Shown here one piece after another: positions 13,501-25,500 of a DNA stretch of 64,000 bases. The notes below the pieces were generated by a model. The model was not told the origin of the DNA. It searched no databases and saw nothing but the letters and a program-made list of their open reading frames with translations. The number at the start of each line of letters is the position of its first letter. Positions within the stretch are counted from its first letter, which is position 1. This DNA comes from Ruditapes philippinarum (lineage: Eukaryota): NCBI RefSeq assembly GCF_026571515.1, contig NW_026856455.1, positions 186,001 through 250,000 of the forward strand, given 5' to 3'. A program made the translations under genes and the position numbers.

Positions 13501-16500
13501 CTCTGCGAATGACTTCAAAACAAAGGCTGTGAGCCTGAAAATCGGATAGGAAGCACTTAAACACATCAAAAGATATTAAATGTCTATACAGTTACAATGA
13601 TGATCATTTCTCTAATTTTTTTGTACTTTTTATATTGCAGTTTACTGTGAACATTATTCTATTTAAGTCGGTGTCACACTGTCCTGAAACTGACATACAA
13701 TGGATTTTTTATATAGTTAGAAATTGACCGAGCAAGAACGATGACCACAAAGGGTTACACATTTAAACCTGAGACAACACGAAAATGAATCAGAAAGTCC
13801 TTCAGAATGAGATGCTACTATTTTTGTACTGTCGGGGCTTAAAAGACATCGATTATTTTACGTGGACTTCAGGTAGCTTATATATTTAAGATTATTTTCG
13901 AATCTGAAGTTTTAATCATGTGGCATCTCCTGCGGGACAATCTTACGATGTCAATGCAAACAAAATACAATCAAAACTTATGGAAAGCCTTTCCCAATAT
14001 TAACACATCAAACTGAAGACGATATCAACTAATTGCTTTTCCAAAATGCAACAATTAAGAAAGTCACTAGTATACTAACAAAACCAAGATTTAAAGGCCA
14101 CCTTTCATTGATTCACGATCTGCTTTTGAATTGAAATTTAAAAAAGTCATTTTACCACCAAATGCCGTGTGAAACTTGAAAAAATGTGATAAACGATATC
14201 TAATTTTATGAAAAATACTCACCATAAGCTTCCCTCATTATCTTTGTAACCAAATGCACTGAATGAACCGTCGTGTCTCTGATATGTCAGTTGTCTTTGA
14301 TATCCTGTAGTAAAAAAGGTTCAATAGCCTTTTAAACTTGTTACAATACTAGTTTATCACACAAGCATTTTCTTTGTTCACGTGTAGATATAAAAATTAA
14401 CATGAATCTTGAGACATGCTGCTTTAAATGACATTGTTAACACTATTCCTATCTCAAACAGATGGAGCAGCCAGGATATATTTACATGATATAATATATG
14501 CAGCCAACCTGTTATTCCAGAATTACAATATATAAAAGAAATCTCAAAAGAAATGGAATAAAAAGTCTCCAAAGAAATGGAATAAAAAGTCAAGTGCTTT
14601 TTTGTTTCCTTATTGTTTTTTGTTGTTGTTTTTCTTATGTTAAAAATGTAAATATTTCATGTATGTACATTTTTTTAAAATTGTTTGCATCAATTAATTT
14701 TATTATTGACAATTTATTTCACAATATACATAAAAAAATGATATTTTGCAAACCTGTTTCCATTATATACTCGACTCGTTCCTTCATAGCATCACTGTAT
14801 CTGTTGGTAACTTTTAAGTATTTTGCTGCGAAGACAGCTGGTGCGAACCGGACCATGTTCTGTTCTCCACACCCATAAGGAATCTTGATCAGCTGATCTA
14901 AGTGATCCATAGAGGGACCAAACATGTCGCCTATAAACAAAGTTTGGTTACAATTACATCTGATAAGTATGATAGTCGTGGTCTGGCTGTTTCAATTGGG
15001 TGGCACAAAACCGATGTAAAATTCTGTTGTAGGAAATAACTTTAAATCTTTAAAGGTTATATTCAATAACATTTGTATATCTTAGCCTGATCAATACTCT
15101 TTTTTTTTGTTTTTGTTTTTTTGTGTGTCTAACTGTTCTTGTGTTTGTTGTTGTTATGTTAGACTGCTCCTGCAAACAAATATTTAATACAAAAGAATTC
15201 GTTGCAACGTCATGTTATGCCCATTTCCCGCATAAACGATTTATTTCGACAAGAAGAAATGGTTTCATAAAATAACGATTTTTACTGAAGGAACGGCGTG
15301 ATAAGACAAACCAAACTTGGTAGAACCTAAGTAATTATCTATGAATTAATCTCTAATATTTCAATATAACATTATCATCGATATTTTCCTTGTGTCGGAT
15401 CCGGTCTAAAATCAGTCTTGGCTAAGTTACCTATCACTGTTATTTGTATTCTCTGAGAGTCTGGAACTATTCTTAATGGATAGATAACTGGAACATCTTT
15501 CTCAAAGTTACCACCATTGTCAAGTGATATTAGCACAGGTACATTGTTTTCTTCTTGTTGTCCTGGTGGCTGGAAATAAAATGAATGAATGAAATATTGA
15601 ATGAAATAATGAAATGAATAAAGTAAAACGAATATTTTTATTGTGCAACTACATAAATGTACATGCTATATTTTTAAGTATAAATGATAAATATTTTTGA
15701 TACTTAATCATTTTGATAATTGCAATACATTTCATACAGTAACTATCTAATTTAAAAGAAATGACTCTGACACAGTCATTGTACAGGTGGAATGGGATGT
15801 TTCTACATTGCAAAAGAAACACAAAGAAAATCCTTCGATGAAGTAGTAGATGTGTTTAAATATTTGAATAGCTTTCTTGCTGTATGAATGAAACTTGCAA
15901 ATGTTTTGACAGTTTTGACATTTTCGACATTTTATTAACAGAAAATTTGCATGTTATCAAGAAAAAATGAGATGTAACAACATTATTTGCAATATTAAAT
16001 TAAAATAATTTTGCATATTTATTTATATCTGAGCCATTTTTGGAAAGAAGAACATTTTTGTTTCTAATATCATTTATTTTCTGACGAGCCATATTCTAAT
16101 TGAGTACATATTACAAGTAGTACTTGCAATATGACTAGATTACCCTAAGCAATTTGTAAATGTAGTTGAAGTTGACATTTTTACAAAGTGTTGCCCTAAT
16201 GTCCACTCTTAATGATCTAAAGATTTATAATGTTTGCACTTCTACTCATCATAATTGTAAGGTCACAAGTTGAAGTTTAATTATGTCCTTTTAACTTACT
16301 CTGACAATAAGTTGACGAATAACAGTGTCTCTACCCCTGGGCGATGATGCTTCAACTTCAAGGGTTATTGTCCCTGTCTTTTGTGCTTTAATTGTGAAAT
16401 ACGCCGAGTGGGCATCGTTGGATTTTACCTGCAAAACAAATTGCTTTAAAGACGGAACGGACATTAAACACATCAAACACAAAGAATGAATCATCAAATA

Positions 16501-19500
16501 CTGAACCAACTTTACATAAACAAATCATAATTGAAAAGCAATAATAGAACAAACGTCGTGACTTGTCTGAATCAAATTCATCATCGTATTTTTATAAAAT
16601 CTCTGTTTATTTTTGTTGCTGTAGCTCGTACTTTTTTCATTGGATTTAACCCGTGGTGGTGGTGTTGGTAGTTTACCCTTCGGATCAAGACAGTAACTCC
16701 CTTCCACAAGGTACAAAAGCACAGTTCAGCCACCGCAACGTCCCCGGGAAGGTTGCTAATCAGTTTACCAGAACTAGTGCCTTCACTTAAATAATGTTAG
16801 TAATGTAATGGCCAGGCCTTACAATCATGATATTGAATTAATTCTAAAGTCAATTTAAACATTTACATTAATTTCTTATTTTTCAAAGACTTCATTAAAA
16901 CATTGAAAACTATAATTATTTACCAAAATACATTTTTTGACTCTGTCTTTCGTCTCCTCCTCCTTGCCATATCTGTTTACAGTTATACCAAGGAATTCCT
17001 CTGATGAATTCTTTAAAGACACGGTTACCTGAAATGACAATAACATGGTTTCAAGAAAGACAACAAGTCAAAAGGTCCTCTTCAAATATAAAATTGAAAA
17101 CTTTTTAAGTAATAAGATGCATCTAGAAATAAAATTAAACAGGAGATCCCTTCAGAGCAATGGCAACAAACTCTGATTGACTTTTTGTATAGTTCTGCAT
17201 TAATAAGTTTGATAAATGAGCAACAATTTTCAAATACCCGTTGGCTTATGCAGTATTAAATTTCAAGATAAATAAAATTGAACTCATTAGTATCATCAGA
17301 AAATTGTGACTTCACTGACTATAATTACGTAAGCAATAATTGATTTCACATATCAACCAAGTTATCTATGTATTCAAGAAAGAAAAGGGTCCCCATTGCA
17401 TATATGAGAACAACAATGTGTCTTATTATTTATTAAATTTCTGTAGGAGTCACACAAAAACTGAGGTAATTTAATTGATGGTTGAAATGAACATGATGCA
17501 AAAAATATCGACAAGCAAAGGATGAAATTGAAACGTTAAATAAGAGTTAATGTATATATGCTATGGTAAAAGTAAAAATATACTATAGTAGCTTATATAA
17601 ACATTAGAATTATGTAATAGAAATGTTGTTAATATTAATACTTACATACATATCATGTGGGTAGTAGTTAAACACAAGAGCTTGAATAACCGCCACTTCT
17701 CCAGACACGATGGAAAATGGTAAATGAAGGCTGACGAAAAACGGAAGGTATGCTGTCACCTTTATAAATTAGTAACACATCAAATAATAATAATACTTAT
17801 TTAGTTATCTTATTCGATTCCTTATTGTCAAAAGGATAAACTTTCATGTCAGATCGTTAAAGATCGGTCTAATTCGTCATACCCCGTAACTTATATAATC
17901 ATTGGACGCTAACATGGGCTAGATGAAGCAAAGATCTTGTCAACTTGCGACTGCCTTTACAAAAAACTTGCGGTAAAAGACGAAAACTATCAAAGTTTCA
18001 TCAGCATACAATTTATCTTAAATCATTAAAAACCTTTGCAAACAGAATTGTTCATAAAAGGACAAGTCAAGACAAATATACATATGGCAGACCCCCGCTA
18101 ATATAAGAATGTGGTATACAAACAAAAAACTAATTTACATTAGCAGGGACTGGAGCAACACCGAGACCAGATTCTGCATTGAGAGCATATCCTGTAGCCA
18201 CCCAGTCGGTTATTGTATCTGGTACAGTTGCGGTCATGACCACATTTCCGGTAGAGCTATAAAGATAATTATATACAATGTATTAATAAAAGAATACTAC
18301 TTAAAGATATAATGTGTTCATCCTTGTATAAAATTTTTAATCTGCGAAAATTCTTAAAATCTAAAAATTCTTACTGATTATATCTAATTTTAATAAAAGA
18401 ATGAATAAACTTAGTATTTGAAGCTGTGTTCCCTATTACAGGTCAAATAAAGTTGTTGTTTTTCTTTACAAAAATACCAGTGTTTAACGACATTATATAT
18501 TCACACTGAAACCACCTATAGTATGTAGAATTTAAAACTACCTTATGTGAAGTCAAAACATGTTTTATATATATTGTATATCAAATCTGAGCATAATATA
18601 TCTTTAAGAAATAACACAAACTCTAAATTTTAAATTATAGTGGTAGCGCTTTCAATATTTGTTGTGCATATCATCAGCCGAATATTTAATCAACAAAAAT
18701 AAACATGGAGTTTGTTGTTATTTCTTAAATGTTATAACATATTATTTATTTCAACACTGCACAAGGAACATTTAAATCACGTTTTAATGTACAATGTTCA
18801 TGTATATTTACATAGATACAAATAGGTTCGTCTTTTAACATTTACTGTTTGATTTATAACAAAACCATTACTTTATGTTGATTCATGGAAAAAAGGAAGG
18901 AATATATTTCAATAATAACTATTATTGTATTTTAACTATTAAAGATACACAACTAATGAATATATGCGTTTTTAAGTGACAAATAAAAATTACGCTTGTG
19001 TAACATTTTCTGTGAAAGAAACGATTGCGTTTACTTCAAATTTCCTGTGAAATAAACGATTGCGTTTATAAAACATTTTCTGTGAAATAAACGCAATTTT
19101 CATTTCAAATGCTTAAGTGCTAAACAATGCTATGTGCTAAAAGAGCTCAATGATACTGAAAACCATGTTACAAACATTATACATTTCAGATTATAAGTGC
19201 AAAGACAATGTTAAAGATTTATTTTATTTGTTTGTTTAATTTGACGGATTCGTTTCATATGATGCACAATATACAAATACGTATAATTTTTAAGGATAAA
19301 TAATGATTTTTTATAAAAAATAAGTTTGTTCAATTATGATAATGCTTTAGTGTATTAACATTTTACATCGAGTTATCTTTTCCCTTCTATTAAGCAGATA
19401 TTAATCAGTCCCTGTAAGCCAGCCATACCTGACAGATGTATTAGACCAAATCCAAGTCTCTGGAAAATCTTTTCTCACAGTTGTAGTTAAAGTACAAAAT

Positions 19501-22500
19501 GGCGGCGGGCATTCGCAAGAATATTTTGAACCAGGTGAACATGGGTTAGGTGATGATTCATAAATGCTGTCAATATCAGTAACAAAATACCCATTTCTAC
19601 TGTTAATCTCCATCTGAACTATAAAAAGATTGATACCTGTTTACAACATTGGTGACTAAATATAATATTTTTATTGCCCATTTAACAGGACTTGGAAGAA
19701 TCACATTGTCAGTAATGTGCTTCTTTCAGTTAAATAGCAAGTGATTTTTACACATAACGTTGCATCCATAGACTTGGATTGACTTAAATCTGTCAGGTTT
19801 GGGGGTCACACATTTAGACAAGCTGCAAGACAAAGAGAAAAGAGAGAAACCACTGCTTTTATGTAAAGGGCATACGGATTGACTCGATTTTACTTTGACT
19901 TTGAACGCCCTTTACTTTCACTGTTACCTGACAGACTCATTGGCCCATAACCAAGTCTCTGGGAAATCTTTGCGAATCGTTGTTCTGAAAGCACTTAAAT
20001 ATCTTCCTTGTGTGGATAAACATCCGGGACCATAACATTCATTAATGTCCATTCCTTGGCCGGAAGCTGCCCAAGAAGCACCCCTATCAACATATGGAGA
20101 TTGCTCTTCTATTTGGCGTTTAACTAAAATTGAAATCAATTGTTTATTTCAAACAGGAAACAGTCTTTTGCATTTATAAACAAAGGAATGGAAATTAATT
20201 ATATCTCAGAAAAACGCAATGTTGGATACGAGGGGCTTTATTTTTCTTTTGGAAAATTTAGATTGTGTTACCACCCAAACATCAAAATGTAGATTTTTGA
20301 TGGGATGTAACTTTCAAATTTGTCAAATGCTTAGTAAAAGAAACTAAATCAAGTAAGGGCGCCAATATGAATGTTAATTTCATGTTAATATGACTTAAAC
20401 AGAAAAAAGAATGCATTATAATGATTATATAGTATAATTGTACCTTTTCACAACAAAGCGACAAAAAACCTTCAATGTTCAAATGATTCTTAAATAAATA
20501 ACAAGAAATAATTGAATAAAATAGGTTTAGGTGCATGGTCTTACCAGTTGTTCAATACACTTTGAAAACGAGTAAACGATATGGTTTCATGTTGATCAAA
20601 TTTTGTAATTGGCAATTTTATTATCTGGAACGATATATAAGTAAGTGCACGTCCTTCATGGGCACTATACTAGTACATCATTTAAAATATTAAAAATAAT
20701 TGTACTCACGTTTCATGAAGTTAAAGTCATGCAACAATGCATCTGTAATCACCGAAAGACCGACGTTCTGTAAAATAGTATGGCTGTGAAATATGCGAAA
20801 TTTGAACATGAATAAAGACAATCCTTTAACCATTTGCTAATTTAAATATGTATGTTATATCCTACCTAACTTTAGCCAATAAAAGCTAACAATTATGTCC
20901 TATAAAGGTCTATAAATTTTCTCATACCAAAATCTCATTATGTCTTATGGAATTCTAGTCTCAGGAAAAAATAAGTAATCCGACCGGATGCTTGAAAGAT
21001 TTTAGCAGTGAAACATTTTTTAAACAAACGGTATAGCTCTCTCTTGCCTATATTAGTAATGTTTTTTTCCATTCCCTGTCATGGCAGGCCATTAAATAAT
21101 GTGTATTGTAATACAATGCGATTAAGGTGGGATTTTTTTCGTAGGGGAGGATCCTCGGGATCAGCATTTATATGAAAAAGTACGTAATAACTAAAGATTG
21201 TATAAGAATATATTCATGAAAAGTATTATACTAGTAAAATATTTCACTTCTTAACCCCCCACCCCAGCACCGACCATCGCAGTATTCAATTTTCAACAAT
21301 GTTTATACACTTACATTAAAAATACCAACAACATCGTTACTTGATACTCTTCCATACAAGTAGGAATCTTGGTATTTCCATCCTGGTCTTTCATACACTC
21401 CAAGTTTATTGTACACCTGTTTTGTAAAACATTAATTTGTAAAATGTAATATCATAATTCGAAAATGTCCAGCGAGATTCAAAAAATATTCTGTACTGTT
21501 TCTTTATAGTTTCAAAGCAGTTCTGTTTACTTCCACCTTGAAAGATTCTAAGAAAAATTCACTTGTTTTATAAATTTTGTATAATCGTATATGTTGACAA
21601 TGTACAGTCAAAACTGCCATAGTGACCCACTGTACATAGTGACTTCCTGTCTTATGTGAACCTGTTCTCCTCCCACCCATTTTTTTCGGTTATAAAGTTG
21701 CACTGTATTAAGCAAGTGACTGAGTTACGTTACTAACGACCTTGACTTGTATGGTCCGGAATGTGCATATCAATGTTTTTAGCGACTATGTCATAAAAGA
21801 TATCTCTGTTCTTACTCCTTGTCTGGTTAAAAAATGCCAGAATCAAATAAAAACGTATTGTTTTAGATCTTCAACAGAAGTATGAAGCCATACAAAAACT
21901 GAATATTAAGAGAATACCAGCGTATAAAGTTGCTGAAGAACTAGGTGTTGGAAACGCACAGATCCAGAACCTTCGTTAACGTAAAATAGAAGAAATTTCG
22001 GACTTTGTAAATAATGATCATACGAATACTTAACGTCATATTTTGGTACTTTTGTTACTTTTATTATGCTTGTTAGTAATTTGAATGTACATTATTACTA
22101 ATTGTCAAAAATGAATTTTACCCTCTTTTCGGTGATGTCATTTCCGGTTTTATGCAATATTACACTTTTATCTACAGCAAGAATAAAAACTTGTGAACCA
22201 GGATCAGCCCTGATGTTTAAAGAAACGTTAGTTCCTGGCGAGACTTGGGTCCTGTCGAATTTTAGGCTCACCTGAAAAATGCATTCACCACACATTTGTT
22301 ATACCTCTTACTAATTTTTTATGATATGATATGAAAGTATAGGAGATAAGTTATTAAATAAATGATCGTTTGTAACAGGTTTTGGTGTAATAAAAACAAA
22401 TAACATTGTATGAAGTATAAAGATTTTAAAAGCAATGTAAGTCAGATTTTACAATCAAGTATTGAATAAAAAGTATCAGTATTTATGCCCATTTTGGTGT

Positions 22501-25500
22501 ATGGCAATTTAGACAAAGATTGCTTAAATTGGCGACACACAAAATCCAGTCAAGACGGTCATTGTTTATTTTTACATTTGTCATTGTACAAAACTCTTTC
22601 TGCTTAGAAATGGTCTTAACTGGGTTGTATAAAACCGTTAAAGGTCTGAGTCGATATCACACGTATGTCTTCGGCATTATGTACCGCCTACTGTCCGTTC
22701 GGCAGACAATTCAACCGACAATAAACCAGTGTGTGGCAACCAACTAACTATATGTATGTTTAAAACATATGCTTACAAAAAAGATATAAGAGAAAGAGAT
22801 AAAAAGCAGAAATCGAGAGAAGTAAATCATCCTGTTTTCGAAAATATATGCATGTATTATGGATACAAAAATTCAGAGCTCAAGCTTACATCGTTTTGGA
22901 AATGCATATCAACCGTAAACGTGATGGCGTCAGCAATGATCTCACTGTGTTTATCGTTGTAGTAATAAGCAAGAAGAATACAGTCCGGAACCATCTCTGA
23001 CGTCATTGTCACGTAGAATGTGTTCTTTTGGTAAACAGATGCAATATGGGTAAAATGTGTCTGAATAATCCGTCCATTCTTGATAATCTGAAAATATGGG
23101 AGATTACTAATTGATCGTATGTTACAGAGTGTGTTGAAAAGAAATGGTATTAAATGATGTACGAATAACGGATATCCTTGTGCGATTATAAAGATTTTAA
23201 AATCAATTTGACTATTGCGAAATATTTCATTTCAATTAATGTATTGCATGATTTAAGCTATAACAAATGCATGATCAAAACAGGCGGTATAACCGTAATA
23301 TGGTTTGGTTGGTTTATGTGACATAAACCATTTACATACCATTTACATATTTGCCCATCATCTAGATTATCAAAATCTTTACAAAATAATGATATAGGAA
23401 TGATTACGAATTCTTAACATGCATCGTCTTTGAGAAATGTGCTAAGACAGCAAACGTCGTAACAAAATTATCAACAAGTTCGGGCTTCGCAACCTCACAT
23501 GAATAGGTTCGGGCATCAAATAAAGTATAATTCACAAATATTTTAAGGTAAAATTCTACTTACATGGTAAGTGACCTTTCCGTTTGGTCTGACATTACTT
23601 CTTACACTGAACTCTGCCTGCTTACCAACCTATTCCCAATACAAGTAGGTCACATATAGAATAAATACTATGCAATTATTTTTGCTAATAAGAAACACTA
23701 AGAAATCTAATCTCTAATTGTAATAGGTTATTATATGAAGAGTAATTAGAATTTAAAGAGGCTTAGTTAACATATGGTTCAAATAAACACATTTGAAATG
23801 TTAGTCTTCTTATTATGTTTTTATGTAAATGACATAAAATATATAGACGTTTTGTACCAAATTAATCTAAACTTATCAAATGCCTTTGAAATACAGATAT
23901 TACTGAATAAAAATGTGTTGTTTTTTTTCCGATATCATGACGATATCATGTTGATATTTGTTGATATCATGTTGATATTAAGATGATGTTATGTTAATAT
24001 CACGGTGATATCATGTTGAAATATGTTGATATCATGTTGAAATCATGTTCATGTTGCAACATACCTTTACAAACGAGGATTTCATCTCAAGATGTAAATA
24101 CGATTTACTTGCTGTACGGAAACGCTGGATGTTCTTAGATATTTTCTCATCCTTTAATTTCACCTGTAATTATATGTTAAATTATGCTTATATTTGATTT
24201 GATTTTTGTTGCATTTAAAGTCATATAGAAATTGTGGTATATCAGGATTGCAGATAATACCGACCGAATATCGGCATATTATACTATTCTTTTAATTTTC
24301 TTTTATATTACAATGTACAGTTTTATCAAAATTTAAAAAAAACATAGAAAATTACAGTGTACATGTTAATGCAAACTTGATGACGCAAAAAGTTATTAAA
24401 ACGTTTTCGTTGATTATGCCTCATATGCTTTACAAGGCACAAATAGACACATGGGTATACATAGGAACAAAAAATAATGTTGTTCCAAAGTATGCAAATG
24501 CCTGGGAAAGAAGAGCTACATGTATCAGTAAATGTTTTTATGAATAGAGAGCCGCGCGACATTTATATGCAGCACTTTGCTATCTTGAATATCATAAGTA
24601 ACATTCAACTTACGTCAATATGCCCAGTTGCGACATTCACCGGAATATCAAGTTCCAATTTAATAATTCCATCACGTGGTACAGACAAAAACATTTCCGG
24701 CATAAATATTACATTTCCGTCGGGAAACGGTGATAGAAACTCCATCAAGTTGGACGAAGGACTATTTGGCGGTCTGACAGGTGCTGATACACCGGTTTCC
24801 TTGTCGGTAAAATATGTAACGCCAATACGGACTCTATCCCCAGATTGTGTCAAAGGTCGACCATCAGGTTGTGTGATCTTTATCTACAAGACAACATGAT
24901 AGTCGAATACAATGCACAGTTATCAAAAGAAACTGGTTTTATTTTTTGCCCAAAAATACCAGTTATAATTCAAACTTATCACAGTGGAAGAAATTGTTCG
25001 AAAAGAATTCGAACAAGGAATAAATGTCTATAAAAATATTACTTTATTTTACTTTTCCAAGTAATATTAACCAGTACAAAGTGAGACTTAATCTAAAATT
25101 ATTGAAATATACACCATTTTGAATAGTATGGTTAAATCGAATACAGGTTTGACCAATCGCAATGTATGTCATTTGAAAGCGTTCGTACTTGTTCAAAAGA
25201 CATTTCATACTTGTGAATATATAGGTTTAAATTGATAAATATACTCAATCTTACATAGGTTGTATATTTAAATTCTGGTTTGAACGAGTCATCACCATAC
25301 GACAGGAACTCAAGTTTAAGCGGTCTCTCGTGAAAGGTTATGGTGCTCCTGGCTACACGGATCTCTCCTGTCTCGTCCTCGGTCACGTTGGCCTCTACGG
25401 TCAGGGTATCATACTTCAGCGAAGGATCAAACTTCAACAAGGTGTCAGTGGCAATACTAAAGTCTGCTTCACCGTCGATCTGTTAAATCACCGAAATACA

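Noticed and set aside
20545-20624. Exon-like 80-nt segment (ttccag...CTG|gtaaga, minus strand) as a third variable exon
   Set aside because: In the required phase-1 frame it hits TGA after 9 codons and it lacks FPETW; at most a poison exon, with no support.
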